A stretch of 64,000 nt of DNA. It comes from an archaeon. GTDB taxonomy: Archaea; Nanobdellota; Nanobdellia; Woesearchaeales; UBA9642. Positions 48,707-57,853 of this stretch are shown in pieces. Position 1 is the stretch's first letter. Each line of letters begins with the position of its first letter. Below the pieces are notes generated by a model, which saw only the letters and a list, made by a program, of their open reading frames with translations, was not told the DNA's origin and did not search any database. Location: the NCBI GenBank assembly GCA_020057295.1, contig JAGVGF010000003.1, positions 160,001 to 224,000 on the forward strand. Reading direction: 5' to 3'. The position numbers were made by a program, and so were the translations under genes.

Positions 48707-49081
48707 ATGACAAAGAAATTATTTGCATTTTTTGCACTAATTGTATTATCCTTTCTTCTGGTTGGATGTACTAAACAACTTTCTTGTAAAAATGTAATAG
48801 ACTCTATACTTAAAGAAAATAAAACCCTTGATATAAATACTACGCGTCAATTAATGGAGCAGAAATATATTTCTGAAGGTTCTATCTATCCAAAATTTGC
48901 TGAAGGAAATCGTGGCATTAATCCTCCTATATCCTATTTTGCTATCTTTATTTATAATGAGTCTGATAGGGGATATTATGATAGAGAATATTATTATGTG
49001 AATGGCGGATTTTATAGTCAAAAATGGCATGGTCCGTATAAAGGAAATACTCCTGCAGAATGTCGTCCGCCTAGTAAATAA
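48707..49081 (+). CDS. Small lipoprotein
   Basis: Signal peptide with LLVG-C; TATA box 30 nt upstream. Confidence 0.78.
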   Translation: MTKKLFAFFALIVLSFLLVGCTKQLSCKNVIDSILKENKTLDINTTRQLMEQKYISEGSIYPKFAEGNRGINPPISYFAIFIYNESDRGYYDREYYYVNGGFYSQKWHGPYKGNTPAECRPPSK

Positions 49082-49089
49082 TTATAGAA

Positions 49090-49755
49090 TTATTTTCTTT
49101 TTCTAACTAATTCGTAAACGAAATATACTACAATCAAACTTAATGCTCCGATGAAGAACCACGCAATCATTTCTGATTGTAACAACGGCCTAGATACACT
49201 TGTTGTCTGTGTAGCTGTTGTTGCAGTCTTAGAAAGTGCTTCTGAACTTGCTGCCATTAATTTTGGTGCAACATCTAAATTCGAACCTGTACTCATTTTG
49301 ACTGAAGAGCCAGTAAATAATGAGAATGCTGATAAAACGAATCCTGCAGCAATTGTTATTATTCCTAATGGTAAGACTTTATTTAATGCTTCCATAAATC
49401 TATTATTATCAGATTTTGGAGCTATAATTATGTATTTATTTGCTAACTTGTAATGATTTACTTCCTTACCTTTTGAGGAATAATGGAATTCATCGACAAT
49501 GACTAGATTAACATCCATTAATTGTTTTAGATTATAATGTATTGTAGAGATTGGAATATTCAGCTCTTTAGAAAGATCTGTTTCTGTACATTCTTTCTTT
49601 GCTAAATGATCTATTATCTTTCTTGAAGTTTCATTACTAATCACTTCAGCAATCTTCTTTGCTTTATTCTCTTCTAATGATATTAATAGGAAATTGTTTT
49701 GCATATTATCTTCCTTTTTCTGAACATTCTTTTCAGACATTCCTTCGGTCTTCAT
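49090..49755 (-). CDS. Membrane-anchored ArsR-like HTH regulator (two TM helices)
   Basis: ISNETSRKII..L..TETDLSKELNIPISTIHYNL, YSSKGKEV; two hydrophobic segments in the C-terminal half. Confidence 0.85.
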   Translation of the reverse strand: MKTEGMSEKNVQKKEDNMQNNFLLISLEENKAKKIAEVISNETSRKIIDHLAKKECTETDLSKELNIPISTIHYNLKQLMDVNLVIVDEFHYSSKGKEVNHYKLANKYIIIAPKSDNNRFMEALNKVLPLGIITIAAGFVLSAFSLFTGSSVKMSTGSNLDVAPKLMAASSEALSKTATTATQTTSVSRPLLQSEMIAWFFIGALSLIVVYFVYELVRKRK

Positions 49756-49871
49756 AATAGAACTAGAATAGTGGTATTTAAATATGTTTTTGATTACAAA
49801 CGAAATGGAAGTTATCATATTACACTAAATTTAAATATTCCTATGTGTGATTATGTGTTAAAAGAGGTGTA

Positions 49872-50828
49872 TTGTTGAATATTAAAAAAATTCTTGGCGA
49901 CGCTCCGCTGAATGAGTCGTTTTGGTTTAATAATGGCGTCGTGGTTAGGAACATCTATGAGTTAGTAGATGAATTAAAAATATTGAACGATTTCTATTTC
50001 AGGTATCATTCAAACGATACACGTGATGATTTTGGTGCATGGATAGGTGGGGTCTTAGAAGATGTTGAGTTAAGCGAAAAATTAAGAGGAGTCAAGAATA
50101 AAGACAAATATATACATATTATAGAACATAGAATTAGGCATTTAGAACGTGTACGAAAACTTCAGGTTGTTAAACATTTATTTATGGGAAGTGTTGTTGA
50201 ATGGTCTAAGAAGTATAGTATCTTATCGAAAATTACTGTGCTCTTAATACTTCTTCTCGTCGGGATTATAGTATATGTACAATACACATCTGTTGATAAG
50301 CTCAATACGATGTCAAATAAATTATCTTATCTTGAACAAAAAAGTGCATGTTACAATACTTATTTAGATCAAAAAATAACAGAGACACAATCATATGTTA
50401 ATACTACATTCAGAGAACCTCTGCTTGAATGTCAGAAAGATTATTCATTATTAATAAACAATCCTGATCTAGAAAATATTCCTGAGAGAATATCCGTAAA
50501 GGATATGACTGTTCTAAGTAATGAAGTAATTTTGCGTCTTCAAAATCCTATATGGGCTGTGTTTGCTAACACTTCATCAATGATTCCTGTGATTAATCAT
50601 AATACTAAAGCTATACAGATCAAACCTAAGGATATTCAAGAAATAAATGTTGGAGACATTATCGCTTATAGTAGTGGAAATGATATTATTATACATCGTG
50701 TAATAAGTAAAGAGCGAGATGATACGGGTTATTATTTAATAACAAAAGGGGACAATAACAATGTGGTAGATCCTACTAAAATAAGATTTGAACAAGTCCA
50801 AGGAATAGTTGTTGCATTAATATATTAA
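49872..50828 (+). CDS. Signal peptidase I (S26B, Ser/His) domain fused to an N-terminal DUF5752-like domain and a TM helix
   Basis: TSSMIP, GDIIAY, IIHRVI, TKGDNN..DP; N-terminus FWFNNG...NIYEL...FRYH..RDDFGAWI; TTG start with GAGGTG. Confidence 0.8.
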   Translation: MLNIKKILGDAPLNESFWFNNGVVVRNIYELVDELKILNDFYFRYHSNDTRDDFGAWIGGVLEDVELSEKLRGVKNKDKYIHIIEHRIRHLERVRKLQVVKHLFMGSVVEWSKKYSILSKITVLLILLLVGIIVYVQYTSVDKLNTMSNKLSYLEQKSACYNTYLDQKITETQSYVNTTFREPLLECQKDYSLLINNPDLENIPERISVKDMTVLSNEVILRLQNPIWAVFANTSSMIPVINHNTKAIQIKPKDIQEINVGDIIAYSSGNDIIIHRVISKERDDTGYYLITKGDNNNVVDPTKIRFEQVQGIVVALIY

Positions 50829-50911
50829 TTAATGAAAAATTTTTCTATATTATTTTAGAATTTTTACTAGTAACTTAAAGTCATTTCATTCCTGGCATCG
50901 AGATATTCTTT

Positions 50912-52153
50912 TCATTCATATCTCAATGCATCTACTGGTTTTAGTTTAGATGCTTGATATGCTGGAATAATGCCTGCTATTACCCCTACACCGACTGATA
51001 CTGCAATTGCCATAAGCATAGAATTTAATGATACGATAGCTGTAAATCCTCCTCTTGCAAATGGAACTGTGCCTCCTCCTATTAGTGATGGTAATATTCC
51101 TGAGAGTATTCCTCCAATAATTATTCCTATTGCTCCACCAACGAACCCTATTAGTGCTGAATTAAATAAAAATATTAAAAGTATGTCTTTATTTGCTGCT
51201 CCTATCGCTTTCATTATTCCTATCTCTTTAGTTTTTTCTAGAACTGACGTAAACATGGTATTTGCAACTCCTACTGCTCCTACAATAAGTGATACTGCTG
51301 CTAATGCTACAAGAAATGCTGTTACTGAACTAAGAGCAGCTGCCCTTGTAGCTTGTTGTTGTGCATTTGATGATATAGAAAAGTCTTGAGTAGCTGCTGT
51401 TACATGTCTAGAATTCATTAACCTATTTTCTATATCTGTCATTGTTTCATTTAGTAAATCTTGATCCTTCATCTTTATTATGAGTGTATCAAATATGTTC
51501 TGTTCCTTGTTTGGTATGATTTGGAATGCCATATCTATAGGCATATATATCGAGCTACTTTGATCATTTAATATCCCTACGACTCTATAAGAATTTCCTT
51601 CAATGCTTATTACTTGATTAATTCCTACAGGCTTACTAAAATAAGTTGATGCTAGTCTGCCTCCTATTACTATAACATTTTGGTCTGCAGAGTCTAGAAA
51701 TCTTCCTTCTTTAATTGTACTTGTAGTAATTTGAGACCATACCTTTTGATCAACACCTGTCACACTTACTGTCCCGTTTTTACTTAAGTATGATACTTTT
51801 ACGTTTCCACGTATTTCTGTATCTACAAGATATACATTAGGAGTTCCTCTTAATACTTGAACATCTGTTCTTGTAAGAGTTACGGCTTTAGTTGTGGCTT
51901 GTCCTCCTCCCCCGCCAAAGTCTCTTCCTCCAAAACTATTTCCTCCTCGAGAAAATCCTGGAGTAACTGTCAATATATCTCCTCCAAGTCCATTTAGTTG
52001 AGATTCTAAAGATGCTTGTGCACCTCCAGCAATTGAAACTATAGCAATAACTGCTGCAACACCTATTACTATTCCAATTATGGTAAGCCAACTTCTAAGC
52101 TTACTATGAAGCACCATTCCTAATGCATGTTTGAAGCATTTGTATACTTTCAT
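50912..52153 (-). CDS. MacB/FtsX-family ABC permease
   Basis: RSWLTIIGIVIGVAAVI, VANTMFTSVLEKTKEIGIMKAIGA, PVDALRYE. Confidence 0.93.
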   Translation of the reverse strand: MKVYKCFKHALGMVLHSKLRSWLTIIGIVIGVAAVIAIVSIAGGAQASLESQLNGLGGDILTVTPGFSRGGNSFGGRDFGGGGGQATTKAVTLTRTDVQVLRGTPNVYLVDTEIRGNVKVSYLSKNGTVSVTGVDQKVWSQITTSTIKEGRFLDSADQNVIVIGGRLASTYFSKPVGINQVISIEGNSYRVVGILNDQSSSIYMPIDMAFQIIPNKEQNIFDTLIIKMKDQDLLNETMTDIENRLMNSRHVTAATQDFSISSNAQQQATRAAALSSVTAFLVALAAVSLIVGAVGVANTMFTSVLEKTKEIGIMKAIGAANKDILLIFLFNSALIGFVGGAIGIIIGGILSGILPSLIGGGTVPFARGGFTAIVSLNSMLMAIAVSVGVGVIAGIIPAYQASKLKPVDALRYE

Positions 52154-52189
52154 GTGTTGATTTTCTTACAGTTTTTTATTCAATAAATT

Positions 52190-53554
52190 TTATTTCTTTT
52201 TTCCGCTAAAAAAATCTTTTATTTTCTCTTGACCTGATGTTTTTGTATTTTTTACTCTTTTATACACAAAATATCCTACTATTAGAATAACTAATATTAT
52301 TATATACATTCCATATTGTGTAAAGAATCCTTGATTTTGTGTACTTGATATTCTTCCAGCATATGTCTGATTTGTTGAAAACATTTGAGCTGATACTTTG
52401 ATACTTTTTGTAATAATTCTTCTTGCTCCTGTAGTATCAGTATATGATAATTGAACACTTAATTCGCCAGGATTATTAGAAACATTCATGTTACCAAATC
52501 CGCTCCCATTATTCTGACTATTTCGTGTTCTATTTTGTTGTGTTGATGCTCCTGATTGAAGTTTGAAACTTGCAACAGTATAATCTCCTTTATTTAGATT
52601 TCCTATAATCACAGAGCTTGTTCCTGTTACTGTCCATCCTCTTTGTTCTGGAATACTTACAGACACTGATGTTGCAGGATTGCTTCCGATATTCGCGATG
52701 CTGAGTGATGTTGTTCCACTGGAACTATCTGATAATGCTACATCAAAATCTGTCTCTCCACCAACATATACTCCCGCAATTGTTGAAATTGTTTTTTGAG
52801 TATTATTTAATGTATCGTAGTAAGATAAGTATAGATTTAATTTGTATAATCCTGCTGCAGCATTTGAGTCAGCAACAACATCATATTCTAAATCTGTACT
52901 ATTATTTATTTCTATATACTTCATATATCTCGTATTATCGCTTCCGACTGGTAATATGGTGTTACCGTCATTTGTCCAGTAAAATGTTAAATCTCTAAGT
53001 GGAGAATTACCAACATTATTTATTCTAAAAGTTAATGTGTCTTGTTTTCCGGGTGTTAATAATGTTTTATCGATATGTATCACTTCAGCGTTTGATCTTG
53101 AACTTACAGCAACGTACAAACTCTTTTGAACAATATTTCCTGATGCTCCATCAGAATATTTTAATTTAAATTCATATTGTCCTCCTATAGTGTCTTTGTT
53201 AACTTTAACCTTGTATGTTATTATTTTCATGTCTGTAGATCCTATTGCTCCTTGATATGCGTTCATTGTTCCAATATCTTGCACAGGATTATCTCCTGGA
53301 ACAAGCTCGAATGGATAGCTCGGATTAAACTCTACACGTAAATCATTGACGGCTTGTCCACCATCATTTATTATTCCAATTTTTACTTCCACAATGTCTC
53401 CTGCCATAGCAGGGCTTGGATTTTGACTTACAAGACTCAGAGATAATGATGCTGGATCTGATGCATACACTATTGATACAAATAGTAATGCAACCGTCAT
53501 TAATCTTAAAACTAGTATACTTGTTTTTCTAATATTTTCATTAATCTTTTTCAT
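52190..53554 (-). CDS. COG1361-type S-layer-domain surface protein
   Basis: Signal peptide, Ig-like repeats (QNPSPAMAGD, INNVG, IANIGSNPA), C-terminal TM. Start at ATG 53554 after AGGTG. Confidence 0.85.
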   Translation of the reverse strand: MKKINENIRKTSILVLRLMTVALLFVSIVYASDPASLSLSLVSQNPSPAMAGDIVEVKIGIINDGGQAVNDLRVEFNPSYPFELVPGDNPVQDIGTMNAYQGAIGSTDMKIITYKVKVNKDTIGGQYEFKLKYSDGASGNIVQKSLYVAVSSRSNAEVIHIDKTLLTPGKQDTLTFRINNVGNSPLRDLTFYWTNDGNTILPVGSDNTRYMKYIEINNSTDLEYDVVADSNAAAGLYKLNLYLSYYDTLNNTQKTISTIAGVYVGGETDFDVALSDSSSGTTSLSIANIGSNPATSVSVSIPEQRGWTVTGTSSVIIGNLNKGDYTVASFKLQSGASTQQNRTRNSQNNGSGFGNMNVSNNPGELSVQLSYTDTTGARRIITKSIKVSAQMFSTNQTYAGRISSTQNQGFFTQYGMYIIILVILIVGYFVYKRVKNTKTSGQEKIKDFFSGKKK

Positions 53555-53555
53555 T

Positions 53556-54269
53556 TTACGCACCTTCTGATTTTTGATGTTTTCTAATAATTTCACCATC
53601 CTTTAACTCGATGGTTGTATGAGCATATTTTGCTAAATTTAAGTCATGTGTTACCATTATGATTGTTTTTCCTTGTTCTTTCCATAATTTTGTTAACATC
53701 TCTAATAATTCTTTACCAGTATTACTATCTAAAGCTCCTGTCGGTTCATCAGCGAGTAATATTTCAGGATTGCTCGCAAGACTTCTTGCAATTGAAACAC
53801 GTTGTTGCTGTCCTCCAGATAATTGTGTAGGTCTATTATTTATTTTGTCTGATAATCCTACAGTTTTTAATAATTCAGTCACACGTGCTCTAGCATTTGT
53901 ATCATCATGTTCTAAGAATTCTAATGGCAAAAGTACATTTTCAAAAGCTGATAATGATGGTATAAGATTATATTGTTGAAATATGAATCCTATTGTTTTT
54001 CCTCTTAATGCAGCAAGCTCTGATTCGCTCATACTAGTTATATCTCTAGATTTTAGGAATATTCTGCCTTTCGTTGGTACGTCAAGACATCCCATAAGGT
54101 TCATCATAGTACTCTTTCCAGATCCTGATGCACCGATTATTGCAACAAAATCTCCTCTCTTTATTTCTACAGTGATGTTCTTTAATGCTGTAACATCTAC
54201 TTCACCCATACTGTATGTCTTCCAGACATCTTTTAGTTCAAGTATAGTTTCGTTAGTGTTTTTTGACAT
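53556..54269 (-). CDS. LolD/MacB-type ABC ATPase
   Basis: GASGSGKST, IGFIFQ, LSGGQQQRV, ADEPTGALD, VTHD. Confidence 0.94.
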   Translation of the reverse strand: MSKNTNETILELKDVWKTYSMGEVDVTALKNITVEIKRGDFVAIIGASGSGKSTMMNLMGCLDVPTKGRIFLKSRDITSMSESELAALRGKTIGFIFQQYNLIPSLSAFENVLLPLEFLEHDDTNARARVTELLKTVGLSDKINNRPTQLSGGQQQRVSIARSLASNPEILLADEPTGALDSNTGKELLEMLTKLWKEQGKTIIMVTHDLNLAKYAHTTIELKDGEIIRKHQKSEGA

Positions 54270-54388
54270 AATGACTCAGTATAATATCTAATATTGCTCT
54301 TCTATATAACTCTTACTCAGAATCGATTTATAAACCATATGGACTTGCAGTCCACCTTTTTTATATATCCTGACTCGTGTTCTGAAAT

Positions 54389-54486
54389 GCCAAAGAAATT
54401 CGTGTAAATTTCTTGGCCCAAAAAATCTTAAAGATTTCTTTGGGATCAAAAACTATATATTGCGGGTTTTAGTTCATAGTTTTTGA
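54389..54486. repeat. Three consecutive inverted repeats (REP/MITE-like hairpin cluster)
   Basis: GCCAAAGAAATT/AATTTCTTGGC, CCCAAAAAATCT/AGATTTCTTTGGG, and perfect TCAAAAACTAT/ATAGTTTTTGA. Confidence 0.7.
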
Positions 54487-54522
54487 CATAAGTTTATATA
54501 TTTGTAAGGATTGGTGATATTT

Positions 54523-55191
54523 ATGGCTGTAGGCATTCCTCCTGTATTTAGTCCATGGATTTTTGGTATAGAATTAGCATTCGCTTTAGCTACATTATTA
54601 TTATGTTTGCTTGTATATTTTAAGACTCGAGAAATTTATAGTCTCACGAAGCATGAGGGAATAAGATACTTCAGGGATGCGTTTTTATTCTTTGGTCTAT
54701 CTTACTTGTTAAGATTCTTATTTGAATTGTCAAGATTTTCTATGACTTTTTTTGATTTAGATATATCAAGAGAAGTTGTCGGTCCAATATTTATCTTTTT
54801 GCTAGGATATTTTAGCACTATGGCTATATTATATCTTATATTTACATCACTTTGGAAACGTCTTTCTGGAAAGAATTTTTTAATAGCAGGACATGTAGTA
54901 GCTGTTATTCTTTCTGTTGTAACATTTCTAACAAGATCGCACATACTCTTAGTAATACTTCAAGCATTACTTTTAGTTACTGCCCTAATTTTAGGATTAA
55001 TAAGTAAGAATGTGAAGAAAAAGATATCAAAGACAAAAATACTTTACGTTTTGATATTTGCATTATGGCTCATAAATTTGTTTGTGTTAGAGCGTCGAAG
55101 ATTGCCTTTTGATATCTCATTACTATTTGAAATAATCTCATTAGCAGTTCTTGTAGCATTGTATTACAGAATAACTAAATGGATTAAATAA
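54523..55191 (+). CDS. Polytopic (about 7 TM) membrane protein
   Basis: Hydrophobic ORF with YFKTREIYSLTKHEGIRYFRDAFLFFG; GGTGA RBS. Confidence 0.8.
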   Translation: MAVGIPPVFSPWIFGIELAFALATLLLCLLVYFKTREIYSLTKHEGIRYFRDAFLFFGLSYLLRFLFELSRFSMTFFDLDISREVVGPIFIFLLGYFSTMAILYLIFTSLWKRLSGKNFLIAGHVVAVILSVVTFLTRSHILLVILQALLLVTALILGLISKNVKKKISKTKILYVLIFALWLINLFVLERRRLPFDISLLFEIISLAVLVALYYRITKWIK

Positions 55192-55215
55192 TTTTAGATT
55201 ATAACATAAAATAGA

Positions 55216-55500
55216 GTGATATGGTTGGTTAAAAAACGTGATAGATTAGGAGTAATATATAGTATATTAAAAATAATTATGGAAAATCATAACTCCATAA
55301 GATCTACTCCTCTTCTTAGAAAGTCTAATCTCTCATCAAGTGGTTTTAGCGATTATTATGATGAACTAATCTCTAAAGAATTAATCAAAGAGATAGTTGA
55401 TGATTCGGGTAAAAAATATTTAACATTAACAGATAAAGGATTTTTATACTTAGAAAGATATAAATTCATCCAAGGATTCATTGAAGAATTTGAATTATAA
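55216..55500 (+). CDS. Archaeal winged-helix DNA-binding protein (HTH_45-like)
   Basis: KRDRLGVIYSIL..TPLLRKSNLS..Y.LTDKG. Exact start uncertain (GTG 55216 or TTG 55225). Confidence 0.85.
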   Translation: MIWLVKKRDRLGVIYSILKIIMENHNSIRSTPLLRKSNLSSSGFSDYYDELISKELIKEIVDDSGKKYLTLTDKGFLYLERYKFIQGFIEEFEL

Positions 55501-56073
55501 TTATTTTATCTCTAATAATTTATCTGGGATTTTCTTTACATCTATTCCCCATCTTTTTAACTGTTTCTTGACTGCTTCTCCTGTAATTATTGTTGCAAAT
55601 CCGTCATGAGATAATCTTTGTAGTAGAACATATCCGTTATGTAGTTGTTCATTTTTAGGTTTATCATGTTCGCCAGAAGAATATAGTATAGTATACATTT
55701 CATCTTTTTTTGGAATTGGATTTAGTTCAAATATTTCTGTTATCTTTTCAAAAAAGGGTGTGTTATGTTTTATAAAATCTATATTTATGCAAAAATTATA
55801 GTTTGATTTTACAAATAATCCTTTATCTGATTTGTTTCTTCTATCATATTTGCTGAATCCTCTATGTACGTAATCTCCTATTTCAAAGGGTCCTTGTACA
55901 TTAAATAAACTAAAATACGAGAATCCTTCTCCTCTATGCAAAAGTAATGGAAAACTTTCAGATGTAGAGTATCTTTCTGCCATCTTGTAGAGTCCTATGT
56001 TTGGAAAAATATGTGCTTCTCTAACTACTTCTGTTTCGAGATTCATTCTTTTTCCAAGAGTAACTATCTTCAT
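55501..56073 (-). CDS. Hypothetical protein
   Basis: 190-aa ORF with a TATA-like element about 29 nt upstream; no motif recognised. Confidence 0.65.
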   Translation of the reverse strand: MKIVTLGKRMNLETEVVREAHIFPNIGLYKMAERYSTSESFPLLLHRGEGFSYFSLFNVQGPFEIGDYVHRGFSKYDRRNKSDKGLFVKSNYNFCINIDFIKHNTPFFEKITEIFELNPIPKKDEMYTILYSSGEHDKPKNEQLHNGYVLLQRLSHDGFATIITGEAVKKQLKRWGIDVKKIPDKLLEIK

Positions 56074-56180
56074 ATTTTGTGTAATTTTGAGGTAATTATA
56101 AATGTTGTTGTTTTTACCATTTATAAGTGATTAATACCTTTCTAGTAACCTTTTTAAATACGAAAATCTCTCTATTTTAT

Positions 56181-56497
56181 GTAGGGTAGCGCTTGGTTGT
56201 GGGTAGCACATCTTAAACGGTGTGCAGCTCAGGAAAGTCCGCCCACTAAATAAAGGTCACTTACGGAAGTAAGAACTCTAATAAGGTTGGCTCCAACTCA
56301 GAAACGGAACCTGATGTTATAGGGATGATGGATAAAATTCTTGGCGACAAGATAATAAATCCTGACGTCGTGACATCGATGGTTGAAACGGTTAGTCCTG
56401 ACCAGTGCAACTGCAGAACGCAGGCTTAGTCGAATACCAAGAAGATTTGCTCGTCGCAAGGCGAAGATCTACAGAAGGCGGCTTACAACTACCCTAC
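56181..56497 (+). ncRNA. rnpB: RNase P RNA (archaeal)
   Basis: P1 GTAGGGTAG/CTACCCTAC; P4 AGGAAAGTCCGCC with ACAGAAGGCGGCTTA; AGAAAC and TGAAAC loops; GTGCAA; TATA box at 56153; T-run at 56501. Confidence 0.93.
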
Positions 56498-56581
56498 AAC
56501 TTTTTTTATTTCAATAATTCTAGATTTTGTTTATCACTATAACATAGTAATATTTTTAAACAGATTTTGTTTCCTATTCTT

Positions 56582-57193
56582 ATGATTCCATACTATAAAA
56601 CTATGATTGGTAAAAGGGATGTTCTTACAAAAAGACTTAACATTGATCGATTAGATATGCCTGTGGATGTTATACGTGCTGAAGAAGGTTTAGTTGTAAA
56701 TCATGAATATTTGAATCTAGTAGGATATTTTACGTGGGAAGACTTTCGTCTAGCATATGATTCAGAAAAGAAAATAATCGAGTATGCAGATAAAAATTCA
56801 AAGACTGCTAAAGAATTTGAGCAAGTAATAGAAGAATTAGTTGATCAAGAAAAATTTGATGTTGAAAATTTAAGTAATCATGAAGTGGGTATAGCTTCAT
56901 TAGTTTTTGCACTATCTGCTTTTTGCTGCGCACCAATATCTGGATGCCGAGCTCATCCAAACGGATCATATTCTGATGCTCCATCTGTAGGATTATATGC
57001 TCCAAAGAGAAAAGCCAAAACATTACTACGTATTGCGCAATATTCTACTGTTGGAATAGTAAATAATGATAACATGGATGCTGCTGGCGGTATAGAAATA
57101 TATGCTCATACAGTCACAGATCTTATGCAATATGCACACAACTTATTCGTATCACAAAATCCTTCTGCAAAAAATAAAAGATTAATCAAATAA
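56582..57193 (+). CDS. Hypothetical protein with a PISGCRAH motif
   Basis: Start placed at ATG 56582, 29 nt after TTTTTAAA; LVFALSAF..PISGCRAH. Confidence 0.7.
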   Translation: MIPYYKTMIGKRDVLTKRLNIDRLDMPVDVIRAEEGLVVNHEYLNLVGYFTWEDFRLAYDSEKKIIEYADKNSKTAKEFEQVIEELVDQEKFDVENLSNHEVGIASLVFALSAFCCAPISGCRAHPNGSYSDAPSVGLYAPKRKAKTLLRIAQYSTVGIVNNDNMDAAGGIEIYAHTVTDLMQYAHNLFVSQNPSAKNKRLIK

Positions 57194-57223
57194 CTTTATA
57201 TATAGTTTTTCTATAATTATTTT

Positions 57224-57853
57224 ATGGTCGGCAACATTGGTGTTAAGCAACAATATTTTATAAAAATCTTTGAGAAGGCAGAGAAACATTATGGTTCCTC
57301 TACTAAGAGACTTGCTGCTGACGGATGGGAAAAAGATTGGCAAATGCTTATTGCAACAATGATGTCTGCTCAGACAAGAGATGAGACAACAATTCCTGTT
57401 GCTGAAAATTTATTTTCTAGATATTCTACGCTTGAAAAATTATCTAAATCGAAATATGATGATATTTTGAAAATAATTAGAAGAGTTAATTTTAGTCCAC
57501 GTAAAGCAAAATATATTATTGAAACTGCAAATATTTTAGTAAAAAATCACGCGTCAAAAGTTCCGTCAGACATTGATGTTCTAGTAACATTTCCCGGTGT
57601 TGGAAGGAAAACTGCAAACTTATTTATTTCAGAAGTTCATAATATGGACGGAATTTGCGTCGATACACATGTTCATAGAATTTCAAACGTTTTTGGATTT
57701 GTTAAAACAAATACTCCTGAACAAACAGAAATGGCGCTTCGAAAACTTGTTCCACAAAAGTACTGGTCAAGAATTAATAGAGTTTTTGTTCTTTGGGGTC
57801 AAGAAGTCAGAGGAAAAGATAAGAAGAAATTCTTAGAGAGGTTAAATGATTAA
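57224..57853 (+). CDS. nth: Endonuclease III (HhH-GPD) without a 4Fe-4S motif
   Basis: MSAQTRDE, FPGVGRKTAN, VDTHVHRI; no C-terminal Cys cluster. Confidence 0.9.
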   Translation: MVGNIGVKQQYFIKIFEKAEKHYGSSTKRLAADGWEKDWQMLIATMMSAQTRDETTIPVAENLFSRYSTLEKLSKSKYDDILKIIRRVNFSPRKAKYIIETANILVKNHASKVPSDIDVLVTFPGVGRKTANLFISEVHNMDGICVDTHVHRISNVFGFVKTNTPEQTEMALRKLVPQKYWSRINRVFVLWGQEVRGKDKKKFLERLND

